The translations under genes and the position numbers were made by a program. Shown one piece after another: positions 18,128 to 27,759 of a DNA stretch of 52,748 nt (position 1 is the first letter of the stretch; the number at the start of each line of letters is the position of its first letter). This stretch comes from an uncultured Thermoplasmatales archaeon (GTDB lineage Archaea; Thermoplasmatota; E2; DHVEG-1): NCBI GenBank assembly GCA_964406955.1, contig CAYOTP010000003.1, positions 1-52,748 of the forward strand, given 5' to 3'. The notes under the pieces were generated by a model. It had not been told where the DNA came from, did no database searches, and was given only the letters and a program-made list of their open reading frames with translations.

Positions 18128-18885
18128 TTTTTCCCCATATTAATTGCTTTAGAGATACCTGCCACCTGACCGATAGCTCCACTTGGAACAATGATTAAGT
18201 TGCCTTCTCGGGAGATTTCACCTAAAGTTTGGAGTTCTCTAAGACGTAATGCCATCGGTGTTTTTTCATATAGCTTTGCGGCATCTGTCATCCGTTTTGA
18301 GGCTTGAAATTCTCCTTCAGCAATAATGAATCGAGATCTTTTTTCCCTTTCGGCTTCTGCTTGCTTTGCCAATGCGCGAAGCATGGAATCTGGGATAGAA
18401 ACATCACGAATGGTAACTGCTGAAACTTTGATGCCCCATGGGTCTGTTACGCCATCAATAATTGCCTGCAAACTTTTATTCAATTCTTCACGATTGGATA
18501 AAAGTTCATCTAAACTTTGTCGTCCCAATACATCTCTTAAGGTGGTTTGTGCCTGAAGTCCAGTTGCTATCTCATATCGTTGTACTTCAACTATCGCTTT
18601 TTGAGGATCAATTACCCGAAAATAAACAACAGCATCAACATCAACGGTGACATTGTCTTCAGTAATCACCCGTTGCTTTGGAACATCGATTATCCGAGTT
18701 CGTAGATCAAGTTTGATAATTGAATCGATAATCGGAATGATGAACACTAGACCTGGGCCTTTTATTCCTTGTAATCTTCCCAATCGGAAAATGACAATCC
18801 GTTGATATTCGGCCATGATCTTAACAGCGGAGGCTAACACAAGCATTAGAAACAAAAGTACTACAAAGATAATATATACTATCAT
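18124..18885 (-). CDS. SPFH/stomatin-family protein
   Basis: EYQRIVIFRLGR...GPGLVFIIP...RIIDVPKQ...TEDNVTVDVDAVVYFRV and a coiled AEAEREKR region. Confidence 0.9.
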   Translation of the reverse strand: MIVYIIFVVLLFLMLVLASAVKIMAEYQRIVIFRLGRLQGIKGPGLVFIIPIIDSIIKLDLRTRIIDVPKQRVITEDNVTVDVDAVVYFRVIDPQKAIVEVQRYEIATGLQAQTTLRDVLGRQSLDELLSNREELNKSLQAIIDGVTDPWGIKVSAVTIRDVSIPDSMLRALAKQAEAEREKRSRFIIAEGEFQASKRMTDAAKLYEKTPMALRLRELQTLGEISREGNLIIVPSGAIGQVAGISKAINMGKK

Positions 18886-19078
18886 AACAGCTCCTCAACC
18901 TTAAAAAAGACTGAACGTTTTTAAATGTTTGCTAAATGATTCTAGCCGGATTTATTCAACCTTCATTCATTTACCGCCCATTAACTATCCAAACACAACT
19001 ATCACAATTAAAAATGAAATGAAAATAATTAACAATAATAATTTATAGAATGATGTCAATATATTTTATCAGATTCTT

Positions 19079-22000
19079 ATGAAAAAGATAAATATCCTCT
19101 GTATTGCTCTGATTCTTCTTTCAACGCCAATCATTACCTTTGTCTCTTCAACTGGACATCAAATAAACACTATTGAACAGGTTAATATGGTGGATTATCA
19201 CAGTACTTTTTCAGATGAAATTTCCAATGAAAATCTCAGATATTTCCAAAATTTGAACAAAGACCTTGATCATAATAACAAGCAACTGTTGTTTGAAAAC
19301 CAATCATTTACGATTTCCTCTGAAGAAATACAAATACTGGAGACAAAAACTGATCAATTTAGCATTTTTCTTTCAGAGTCTGTTCCATTGAATCAACCGG
19401 GACTGCCTCTTGTTCCAATGAAGAAAATAATGTTTTCATTACCAAAAAATGCTTCCGTTGAAACCATAGATTTACATGATTATCTGATTCTAAAAAGCCT
19501 TAAGCAGATAACTTATGAAATTGCACCCAAACCGAAGTTCTATAGTGTTAATGAAACACCATTACATCGTCACACAGATGAAATTATTAAAACTAGAACT
19601 AACGAAGCAAAGCAACATATGATGTATCCCGGATCGACACATTCATATGTCATCGGAAAAAATAACACACACTGTAATGTAATCGTAACTCTTTTCCCAA
19701 TCCAATACCATTTTGATACAGGGGAAACTTTTCTCATTACTGAAGGAAAGCTTAGTGTTTCCTATACATTGCTAACCGAAGAGAAAACAACATCTCCCTT
19801 AGATCAGGATTATGTAGAAAACATCATCATTACACCACCTCTATTCTACCAACAGGCAGAAAGATTACAAGAATTTCATAACGACAAAGGCATTCAAACC
19901 ATTGTTGTGACCACCAAATGGATCGATGCAAACTTTGAACAATCTACTTATCCCCCATTCATAGGCTATAAAGATTTCTCATTTCGAGATCGAATAAGAA
20001 AATACGATGAGGATCTGGCCTTAAAGATAATCTCATTCTTACAAAGTCAATCCACCAATCCCCACCTTCAATTCGTCACTCTATTTGGAAATGCAATCCA
20101 CGTGCCACCAAGCTATTATTTTGGATATGATTATTATCCTGTACCCACAGATTTCTTCTATGGGTCACCAGATCTTGACTTGATACCAAACTATCGAATC
20201 GGCCGACTTCCGGTAAATAGTATTCTTGAAGCGAAAAGAACCGTGGAAAAAATCATTGAATGGTCTCCAGCAACATACCAAATGGACAACATCGCAATAG
20301 CTGGAGGTATTCCTTTCAACTCACCATTTTACATTGGAGAACTTATTACCATCGACTCGGTAAACCAAGGATTTTTTGATGGATTAAACGTTGATAAATA
20401 TTTCAGAACAGACGACCGTTTTAATGACAAAGACATTCTCTCAGCATTGCAAAACCAATATGGTATGCTTTACATGATCTGTCATGGTAACGCCAATCTT
20501 GTTGCTGTTGAAGAAGGGCGAATCTCAGCAAGAGATCTAGGAAACATGCCTAAAAACACGCAAGCACCAATTGTTAGCTGTATTGCTTGCAGTAGTGGTA
20601 CATATGACACCCGCATCATCAAACAAGGATATTCTCTTGATAAAACATCATTTGGTGAGGGTGTTGTCGTCTCAAAAGGTGGAGGGATTGCATATATTGG
20701 CGGATCTCGAACAAATAGCGGCTATCCTCTGGTCAGCCTTAACGATGGACGGGTTGAAATCACAAAGGAAACTTACATGGCTGGTCTTTTGACCTATGTG
20801 AATCAAGCATACAAGAACAATGTTGGCCATCTAGGAGATCTTACCATGAGCGCAAAGGAAACATTTCTAAAAAACAATGATATGAATGATTTCTGGAACC
20901 TTTATCATTATTTTGGTTTTGTTCTCCTTGGAGATCCTGCATTGACACTTCCCAAACGTTCATTTCAACTTGATACTTACAAACAACCTGAAACGTCCCC
21001 CATTCAACCGGTAGGAATGATACCTTACGAAGACACAGGAAATGATTATAACGGATCCATACCACTTCACGCCATCAATGAAGAAACAACTTATGAAAGT
21101 CTAACAGATTCTTCATACATCAATCTCAAAGAGATTCAAACTGGAGATTACCAAAATGTCGATGTAATAGTATCAACACATGCGGCCCAAAATGGAAAAG
21201 CAACGATACATCTTACTCCCACAAGCGGACCATTGACCCTTCTTCGATTTGAGACACTGGATGAGAAAGAAGATTGGTTATACTATAACGTTGCTCGACC
21301 AGTAGATAAAAAGTACAGTAGTGAAACAACAGGTTTTGGCACCACTCGTTGGAACAATATTCAAGATGCTCTAGATCACACTCAACCAAATGACCTCATT
21401 TATATCTTTGAGGGGACCTATCCTGAATCGATCATCATCGAAAATCCTTGTAAACTTAAAGGGGAAAACAAGACAACAACAGTCATTGATGGAACTGGAA
21501 ACGATGATGTTATACTTATTCTATCCGATGACGTAACAATATCAGGATTCACCATACAACATTGCGGAAAAAACCCGTGGAACGCTGGTGTCAGCATTCA
21601 ACCAAAGAATTCCCCGAGATCTGAACCCATCATCATAGAACACAATATCATCAAAGATAATAAAAACTGTGGAATCTACATCGATGTCCCCCATCGCTTA
21701 CGAGGTACACCCATCACAATAGTTCAAAATGATATCAAGCACAATAATTTTGGCACCTATATTCAAAATGGGGCAGTAGGAACAGATTTTCTTTTCAATA
21801 CCATCTCTGGAAACAATTTTGGATTGTATTTCGTAGAATCAAGACAGGATTGGATCTTTGCTAATACCATTGAAAATAATTATATCGGCCTTTTCTTCAA
21901 AGATGTGAAAAGAACAGAGATATCGTTAAATAATTTCATCGATAATACACAACACTGCCAATTCACTGAAACATCATTTACAAGATTTAGCTCAAATTAC

Positions 22001-22147
22001 TGGGATGACTGGATCGGGCTTAGATTCAACAATCGTTTCCCAATCCCTAAATTAATAAATGGTATTCATAACTATGATCATAGACTTCTTTCTCAGGTCA
22101 AAATGGACTTCCGGCCACTCGATGAACCTTTCATCATTGACACATGA
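19079..22147 (+). CDS. large secreted protein with a gingipain-like (peptidase C25, clan CD) domain fused to right-handed beta-helix (PbH1/NosD-like) repeats
   Basis: N-terminal signal/TM. Candidate catalytic His (YMICHGNAN) and Cys (IVSCIACSSGTYD) in C25 order. The C-terminal third carries repeated I-x-x-N-x-I/F-x-x-N units (IEHNIIKDNKN, VQNDIKHNNFG, FNTISGNNFG, ANTIENNYIG). Confidence 0.6.
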   Translation: MKKINILCIALILLSTPIITFVSSTGHQINTIEQVNMVDYHSTFSDEISNENLRYFQNLNKDLDHNNKQLLFENQSFTISSEEIQILETKTDQFSIFLSESVPLNQPGLPLVPMKKIMFSLPKNASVETIDLHDYLILKSLKQITYEIAPKPKFYSVNETPLHRHTDEIIKTRTNEAKQHMMYPGSTHSYVIGKNNTHCNVIVTLFPIQYHFDTGETFLITEGKLSVSYTLLTEEKTTSPLDQDYVENIIITPPLFYQQAERLQEFHNDKGIQTIVVTTKWIDANFEQSTYPPFIGYKDFSFRDRIRKYDEDLALKIISFLQSQSTNPHLQFVTLFGNAIHVPPSYYFGYDYYPVPTDFFYGSPDLDLIPNYRIGRLPVNSILEAKRTVEKIIEWSPATYQMDNIAIAGGIPFNSPFYIGELITIDSVNQGFFDGLNVDKYFRTDDRFNDKDILSALQNQYGMLYMICHGNANLVAVEEGRISARDLGNMPKNTQAPIVSCIACSSGTYDTRIIKQGYSLDKTSFGEGVVVSKGGGIAYIGGSRTNSGYPLVSLNDGRVEITKETYMAGLLTYVNQAYKNNVGHLGDLTMSAKETFLKNNDMNDFWNLYHYFGFVLLGDPALTLPKRSFQLDTYKQPETSPIQPVGMIPYEDTGNDYNGSIPLHAINEETTYESLTDSSYINLKEIQTGDYQNVDVIVSTHAAQNGKATIHLTPTSGPLTLLRFETLDEKEDWLYYNVARPVDKKYSSETTGFGTTRWNNIQDALDHTQPNDLIYIFEGTYPESIIIENPCKLKGENKTTTVIDGTGNDDVILILSDDVTISGFTIQHCGKNPWNAGVSIQPKNSPRSEPIIIEHNIIKDNKNCGIYIDVPHRLRGTPITIVQNDIKHNNFGTYIQNGAVGTDFLFNTISGNNFGLYFVESRQDWIFANTIENNYIGLFFKDVKRTEISLNNFIDNTQHCQFTETSFTRFSSNYWDDWIGLRFNNRFPIPKLINGIHNYDHRLLSQVKMDFRPLDEPFIIDT

Positions 22148-22314
22148 AAGGGTAATGAATTCTATGAAATGAAGGCTTTTTCTATCCCAGTTCTTTTGTT
22201 TCAACTGAAAATAAAACTGATTAGTACTCACCTTTGAAGGAAAAAGGGTATAGACAATTTTATTAGAAAAGAACACATACGCGAAGAGGTTAGTACGTAC
22301 GGGGAAAGAAAAGC

Positions 22315-23604
22315 ATGACTGAAATTACCAAGATAAAGGCACGCGAGGTTCTTGACTCCCGCGGCAATCCAACCGTAGAAGTTGACGTTATCACCGAAAA
22401 TGGGTTATTTAGAGCAATGACACCAAGCGGTGCCAGTGCAGGCCAACATGAGGCATTGGAACTACGGGACAACGATAAAAAAAGATATTTTGGAAAAGGG
22501 ACCTTAAAAGCGGTAAAACATGTAAACGAAGATATTGCCCCTAAACTCATTGGATTGGATTGTAAGCATCAAGAAACCATCGATAATATCATGCTTAAAC
22601 TTGACGGCAGTGAAAATAAAGAAAAATTCGGAGCGAACGCAATTCTACCGGTCTCCATGGCAATAACAAAAGCAGGAGCTGCTGCAAAACACATTTCACT
22701 CTATAATTATATCGGAGAATTATTTGGTATTATTCCCCATATGATGCCAGTTCCCATGTGTAACGTCATCAATGGAGGAAAACACGCAGGTCAAGAAAAC
22801 TCAATACAGGAACACATGCTCATGCCCACCGGAGCAAAATCTTTTTCCCAAGCAATACAAATGATATCTGAGACCTATCATCATCTTTCATCATTACTTC
22901 TAGATAAGTTTGGCGCTGGCGGGACGCTTATCGGCGATGAAGGAGGGTTTGCACCATCAAATCTTACAAAGATTGAAGATCGCTTCGAGCTCATGCTTAA
23001 GGCCGTAGAACTGGCTGGTTACAGCGGGATGATGAAAATCGCTTTAGACCCTGCATCAAGTGAATTCTTCTCAAATGGAACCTATACCATTGGAAAAAAG
23101 AAATACACCGGTGATGAAATGGTGGATTTCTATGTTGAATTGTGTGATAAATACCCCATTATAAGTATAGAAGATGGTCTTGCAGAAGATGACTGGGAAA
23201 CCTGGCCTAAACTAACAGAAAAAATCGGTACAGAGGTCCAAATCGTTGGCGATGATCTTTTTGTTACCAATACGAAAAGGATCAAAAAAGGAATCAAGTT
23301 GAAAGCAGCAAACTCTGTTCTAATAAAGCTAAATCAAATAGGAACGGTTACAGAAACGCTTAACGCCATCAAAATGGCCCATGATGTCGGATGGACCGCA
23401 GTTGTGAGTCATCGAAGTGGGGAAACAGAAGATAGTTTCATCGCTGATCTTGTTGTGGGAACCAGTGCAGGTCAAATAAAAACAGGTGCTCCTGCTCGTA
23501 GTGACCGTAATGCAAAATACAATCAATTGATTCGTATTGAAGAAGAACTTGATGACGAAGCAGAATACCCCGGTATTGATTTTCGGATGGATCATTTGGC
23601 ATAA
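22315..23604 (+). CDS. eno: enolase
   Basis: IKAREVLDSRGNPTVEVDV, SGETEDSFIADL and KYNQLIRIEEEL motifs. Confidence 0.95.
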   Translation: MTEITKIKAREVLDSRGNPTVEVDVITENGLFRAMTPSGASAGQHEALELRDNDKKRYFGKGTLKAVKHVNEDIAPKLIGLDCKHQETIDNIMLKLDGSENKEKFGANAILPVSMAITKAGAAAKHISLYNYIGELFGIIPHMMPVPMCNVINGGKHAGQENSIQEHMLMPTGAKSFSQAIQMISETYHHLSSLLLDKFGAGGTLIGDEGGFAPSNLTKIEDRFELMLKAVELAGYSGMMKIALDPASSEFFSNGTYTIGKKKYTGDEMVDFYVELCDKYPIISIEDGLAEDDWETWPKLTEKIGTEVQIVGDDLFVTNTKRIKKGIKLKAANSVLIKLNQIGTVTETLNAIKMAHDVGWTAVVSHRSGETEDSFIADLVVGTSAGQIKTGAPARSDRNAKYNQLIRIEEELDDEAEYPGIDFRMDHLA

Positions 23605-23648
23605 CGTTTATTATACGATGAGGGATACTCCACTTGGGGGTTACCTCT

Positions 23649-24605
23649 ATGAAAATACTTATTACCGATAAAATGGCTGAAGAAGCCATAAGTACATTGG
23701 AAGCTGCAGGTCATGCTGTAACATTTGATGAAATGGATCATGACTCTCTTTTAGAAGCAATTATTGATTATGATGCACTGATGATACGGAGTCGTACAAA
23801 AGTAACTGAAGATATCATCAAAAAAGGTGCTCAAGGAAAATTAAAAGTTATCGGTCGAGCTGGTATCGGCGTTGATAATATCGATATTAAAACAGCTGGC
23901 AACCTTGGGATAAAGGTAGTAAATGCTCCAACAGGAGCAACTATTAGCGTTGCCGAACTTGCCATCGCTCATATGTTATCCCTTTCAAGGCATCTCACAA
24001 AAGCAGATCGCACCATGAAACAAGGAGAATGGGCAAAGAAACAATTGAAAGGAGCTGAACTTCATGGTAAAACACTCGGACTTATTGGCTGTGGGAACAT
24101 TGGACAGAAAACCGCTAAGCTCGCACAAGCATTTGGGATGAAGGTTGTTGGTTTTGATCCGTTTCTTTCAAAAGAGGTACTAAAAAAACAAGACATCACC
24201 AAACTTGAAGGACTCAAAGAGGTTTTGAACTCTTCAGATATCATCTCCCTTCATTTACCCCATACTGATCAAACACATTACATCATTGATAAATCGATGC
24301 TATCCGAAATGAAATCATCAGCATTGCTTATCAATTGCGCTCGTGGCGGAACCGTTGACGAAAATGCATTATATACTGCTTTAAAGAATGGTACGATAGC
24401 GGGTGCGGCTCTTGATGTCTTTGAAAAAGAACCACCAGGAGAAACAAAATTAACTACTCTTGAAAACATCGTACTCACCCCCCACATTGGTGCAAATACG
24501 AAGGAAGGGCAAATTCGAGCGGGAACGGTTTGCGCTGAGCAAGTGATAAAGGTTCTTAACGATGAAACACCAGATCACTGGGTTAATAAAACAATGATGG
24601 CATAA
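23649..24605 (+). CDS. serA: D-3-phosphoglycerate dehydrogenase-like D-2-hydroxyacid dehydrogenase (no ACT domain)
   Basis: MKILITDK start after a G-rich RBS. GLIGCGNIGQ NAD site. RGG...LDVF...PH catalytic signature. The track's TTG 23634 start is judged an over-extension. Confidence 0.7.
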   Translation: MKILITDKMAEEAISTLEAAGHAVTFDEMDHDSLLEAIIDYDALMIRSRTKVTEDIIKKGAQGKLKVIGRAGIGVDNIDIKTAGNLGIKVVNAPTGATISVAELAIAHMLSLSRHLTKADRTMKQGEWAKKQLKGAELHGKTLGLIGCGNIGQKTAKLAQAFGMKVVGFDPFLSKEVLKKQDITKLEGLKEVLNSSDIISLHLPHTDQTHYIIDKSMLSEMKSSALLINCARGGTVDENALYTALKNGTIAGAALDVFEKEPPGETKLTTLENIVLTPHIGANTKEGQIRAGTVCAEQVIKVLNDETPDHWVNKTMMA

Positions 24606-24648
24606 AAATGTAGAGAGCATATCCAACAAAAAGGAATTTGAAACAACA

Positions 24649-25347
24649 ATGAATAATTTAGAAGGAATCATCAATAAAATCGAACAACATATTGATGAAA
24701 AGGAAAATGTCAGAGAAAAATCACTGCGTCTTGCAAGGACGATCATAATTCATTGTCGAAGGGGCATCCAACGGATGCATCAACAAGATTTCTCAGAGGC
24801 AGACAAACACTTGAAAAAAGCTTCAGCGCTTCTTGCTGAACTGTATGATCAAACAAAGAACCATCAAGATTTATATAATGCAGGCTTTGTAGAAAACGCA
24901 TCACAAGAATTTGTTGAAGCCCATTGTTTTTTCAATATTCTTCATGAAAAGGATCTTCCAGACCCTGATGATATCCAAACAACCTATACGGCCTATTTGA
25001 AGGGATTATGCGATTTGATCGGAGAGCTCCGTCGAAAAGCACTTGATTCTGTGCTTCAGGGAACCAATGAAATTGGGCAAGAATACCTTCATAAAATGGA
25101 GGAAATCTATGATGCTATTATCCGTTTTGATTATCCTTCTTCGTTAATTCCAATCAAACGAAAACAAGATATCGCCCGGAGTCTTATTGAAAAAACCCGT
25201 GGGGAGCTTGTGGTTGCTAGTTGTGAGCATCGGATCGAATACCGTACTGATGAATTTCGTGGACTACTAGATGATATGCAAAAAACAAACAAAGCCAACA
25301 ACAAAGGAAAAAAGAATCAAGACCTAGATATCGATCGCATCTGGTGA
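24649..25347 (+). CDS. translin-family protein
   Basis: VREKSLRLARTIIIHCRRGIQRMH, ENASQEFVEAHCF and YLKGLCDLIGELRRKALD resemble archaeal translin. Assignment is by memory of the family pattern only. Confidence 0.6.
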   Translation: MNNLEGIINKIEQHIDEKENVREKSLRLARTIIIHCRRGIQRMHQQDFSEADKHLKKASALLAELYDQTKNHQDLYNAGFVENASQEFVEAHCFFNILHEKDLPDPDDIQTTYTAYLKGLCDLIGELRRKALDSVLQGTNEIGQEYLHKMEEIYDAIIRFDYPSSLIPIKRKQDIARSLIEKTRGELVVASCEHRIEYRTDEFRGLLDDMQKTNKANNKGKKNQDLDIDRIW

Positions 25348-25354
25348 TTTGACC

Positions 25355-25843
25355 TCAATCATCTTGATGTTCTTGATTGCTTTTATTGAATGATTTAATT
25401 TTTGAAAGTTTCTTTCGATGGGTTTTAATTTCTATTATGTTTTCAGCATCAAATGAAGATGTTTGGTTTAATGTTTTTTTCAGTTCCTCATCAAAATTTC
25501 GATTCTGGCCCCTTAGTTCCTGATCAGTGATGGCATCTGAAACCTCATCGATGATGTCAGCGATTTTAGGAATACATTCAGGGATTTTCTTAATGCCCGG
25601 ATGAATTGGACAAATATGAGCTGCCGCTTTTTTACTGTCTGCATAATGAACAAGATATAAACTCAATCGTTCCCGTTCCATAGGGTTTAAATCTATGTGA
25701 TATTCCTCAAGGAACTCATAGATAGCATTTGCAATACTACGAATATTTGATTTTCTTTGTTTACTTCCATATTCTCTAATTAGACTTTGCAAATACTCCT
25801 TATCATTCATACCTTGAATCACCATTTTCTTTGGAGTTAGCAT
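25355..25843 (-). CDS. hypothetical protein
   Basis: 162-aa ORF, divergent from the TBP pair. Contains HICPIHPGIKKIPEC (possible small metal site). No family recognised. Confidence 0.45.
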   Translation of the reverse strand: MLTPKKMVIQGMNDKEYLQSLIREYGSKQRKSNIRSIANAIYEFLEEYHIDLNPMERERLSLYLVHYADSKKAAAHICPIHPGIKKIPECIPKIADIIDEVSDAITDQELRGQNRNFDEELKKTLNQTSSFDAENIIEIKTHRKKLSKIKSFNKSNQEHQDD

Positions 25844-26096
25844 CCAGGTTGAACCAATGGTTGAAGGTCAATCTATTATCTTTATGTTCATCCTCTTCCT
25901 ATAAGAGCTTTGTTTGTTAAAAGGTCAACATGAAAAAATGATGGAAAATACATTATATATGAATGTTATAGGAAGAAATATCATTTGGAATTCTTGATCT
26001 ACCCTGCAAAAATTTTTTTTCTAATTATTGAAATACTATCAATGAATATGACTTTGTGAGAGAATTTATAGCAAAACAGGCCCAAGCATCAAAAAC

Positions 26097-26118
26097 CTTT
26101 TAAATACCCTTTATATAC
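26097..26118 (+). promoter_or_regulatory. TATA-like boxes upstream of the TBP gene pair
   Basis: CTTTTAAATA and TTTATATA lie 27-48 nt upstream of ATG 26145. Confidence 0.4.
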
Positions 26119-26144
26119 TCTCGGAAGGGAAGGCTGGTAGTGTA

Positions 26145-26696
26145 ATGGCTGATCTTATCGTCGATAATCTCATTCTATCTGTAGAAACACATATTTCTAT
26201 GGATTTGCAGAAAATAAGTGAAACATTTCCAGAAGCAGTATTTGAACCTGAAAAAATACCCTCTGTGCTATTAAACTATGATAACCCTTCTCGAATGGTT
26301 TTTATTACAACACAAGGAAAACTAGTGTGCACAGGATCAAAGACAAAAGAACAGGCAACAGAAGCAATATCTGAAACCATCGATTTATTAAAAGAAAAAA
26401 ATTTTATTGATGATTCCGCCTCCATCATATATAAGACTGAATCGATTGTGGTTTCAAAGAATTTAAACGTTTCCTTACCACTCGATCGCATTGAATCTGA
26501 ACTGCCCTCTGATCACTGCAACTATAACAAATCAAAAGATCCCTGGCTTGAATACCATCAACCAACGTATTCAATGTTGCTTTTTTCTTCAGGTAACATC
26601 GTTTGCACAGGGAATATAACACTGGATGAGAGCAAGGTTGCTTTCAGTCATATGGAAGATATACTCGCATCTATGGGATGTGAGATTACAGAATAA
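26145..26696 (+). CDS. divergent TATA-binding-protein paralog
   Basis: Two TBP-like repeats are recognisable (DNLILSV...GKLVCTGSK and ESIVVSKNL...LLFSSGNIVCTGN), but the conserved EQFPGL segments are replaced by EKIPSV and DPWLEY. Confidence 0.6.
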   Translation: MADLIVDNLILSVETHISMDLQKISETFPEAVFEPEKIPSVLLNYDNPSRMVFITTQGKLVCTGSKTKEQATEAISETIDLLKEKNFIDDSASIIYKTESIVVSKNLNVSLPLDRIESELPSDHCNYNKSKDPWLEYHQPTYSMLLFSSGNIVCTGNITLDESKVAFSHMEDILASMGCEITE

Positions 26697-26713
26697 AGTA
26701 GGAGGAAAAAATT

Positions 26714-27271
26714 ATGCCAGAAGTTATCGTGGAAAATATTGTGGCGTCAACATCTTTTGCAGAAAAACTTGATCTAGATGCCATCGCTCAATCTCTTGAG
26801 GAAGCCGAATATGAACCGGAACAATTCCCGGGACTAGTTTATCGATTAGCTGAACCAAAGACAGCAACATTGTTATTTAGAAGTGGAAAAGCAAATTGTA
26901 CTGGAGCAAAAAACGTTGAAAACGTGAAAAAAACAGTGGACATCATTGCTGACAAACTCCGTAAACTGGGAATTGAAGTCTATGCCAATGATGATTTAAA
27001 AATTGTGATTCAAAACATTGTTGCGATTTCGGATCTGGGAACTGAATTGAATCTAAACGAAGTGGCAATGGGCCTTGGACTTGAAAACGTTGAATATGAA
27101 CCTGAGCAATTTCCAGGACTGGTGTATCGCATTCAAGATCCAAAAGTAGCAATGCTTCTTTTCGGATCTGGAAAAATTGTCTGTACCGGTGCACGGAAAA
27201 TCGAAGATGTTTCCATTGCGGTACAAAAGCTTGCTGATGAGCTCGCTGCTCTTGATCTCATCAGAAAATAA
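26714..27271 (+). CDS. tbp: TATA-box-binding protein
   Basis: Canonical double repeat: ENIVAS...EYEPEQFPGLVYR...LLFRSGKANCTGAK and QNIVAI...EYEPEQFPGLVYR...LLFGSGKIVCTGAR. AGGAGG RBS lies 8 nt upstream. Confidence 0.92.
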   Translation: MPEVIVENIVASTSFAEKLDLDAIAQSLEEAEYEPEQFPGLVYRLAEPKTATLLFRSGKANCTGAKNVENVKKTVDIIADKLRKLGIEVYANDDLKIVIQNIVAISDLGTELNLNEVAMGLGLENVEYEPEQFPGLVYRIQDPKVAMLLFGSGKIVCTGARKIEDVSIAVQKLADELAALDLIRK

Positions 27272-27274
27272 TAT

Positions 27275-27310
27275 CTTAAAAAAAAATCTTTTTTTCTTTC
27301 TTTTATTTTT
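27275..27310. terminator. A9 / T-rich bidirectional terminator between convergent tbp and the glutaredoxin-like gene
   Basis: AAAAAAAAATCTTTTTTTCTTTCTTTTATTTTT sits directly after the tbp stop. It reads as oligo-T on both strands. Confidence 0.45.
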
Positions 27311-27339
27311 CATTTATGGAATTTTCGATAATAAATAAT

Positions 27340-27600
27340 TTATGACTGTTGTTCAATCCATTTTTTAATTCTTAAAAATCCAACATATTTCTTTCCATCA
27401 GCCCATAATATTGGTGCTGTTCTCTGTAAATCATCCAGAACATCAAAGGAATCAACTGTTTGTTTCTCTTCTTCAGACCATCTTGAATAATCATGGGGCA
27501 GTTCTAAGATCTTGACTTGCTTTTGATGATCTGAAAGCAATCTTTTCACCTGATCGCATTTCATACAATTTTCTAGTGAAAACAATATCGGCTCATCCAT
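27340..27600 (-). CDS. glutaredoxin/NrdH-like small thioredoxin-fold protein
   Basis: 86 aa with N-terminal CMKC (CxxC) after a beta strand, and a C-terminal ...APILWADGKKYVGF... segment as in glutaredoxins. Confidence 0.55.
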   Translation of the reverse strand: MDEPILFSLENCMKCDQVKRLLSDHQKQVKILELPHDYSRWSEEEKQTVDSFDVLDDLQRTAPILWADGKKYVGFLRIKKWIEQQS

Positions 27601-27759
27601 AGAATCAATTCACCAAATGATACTATATACATGCATCTCATAAATAGTTTATTTTAGCAAAAAAACTATTCTTTCTCATTACCATGAAAACCGAGCATCA
27701 TCGCTTCATTCCCACAAAGAATTTATATATAACGTACTATAATAAAATAGTTGAGTTAT

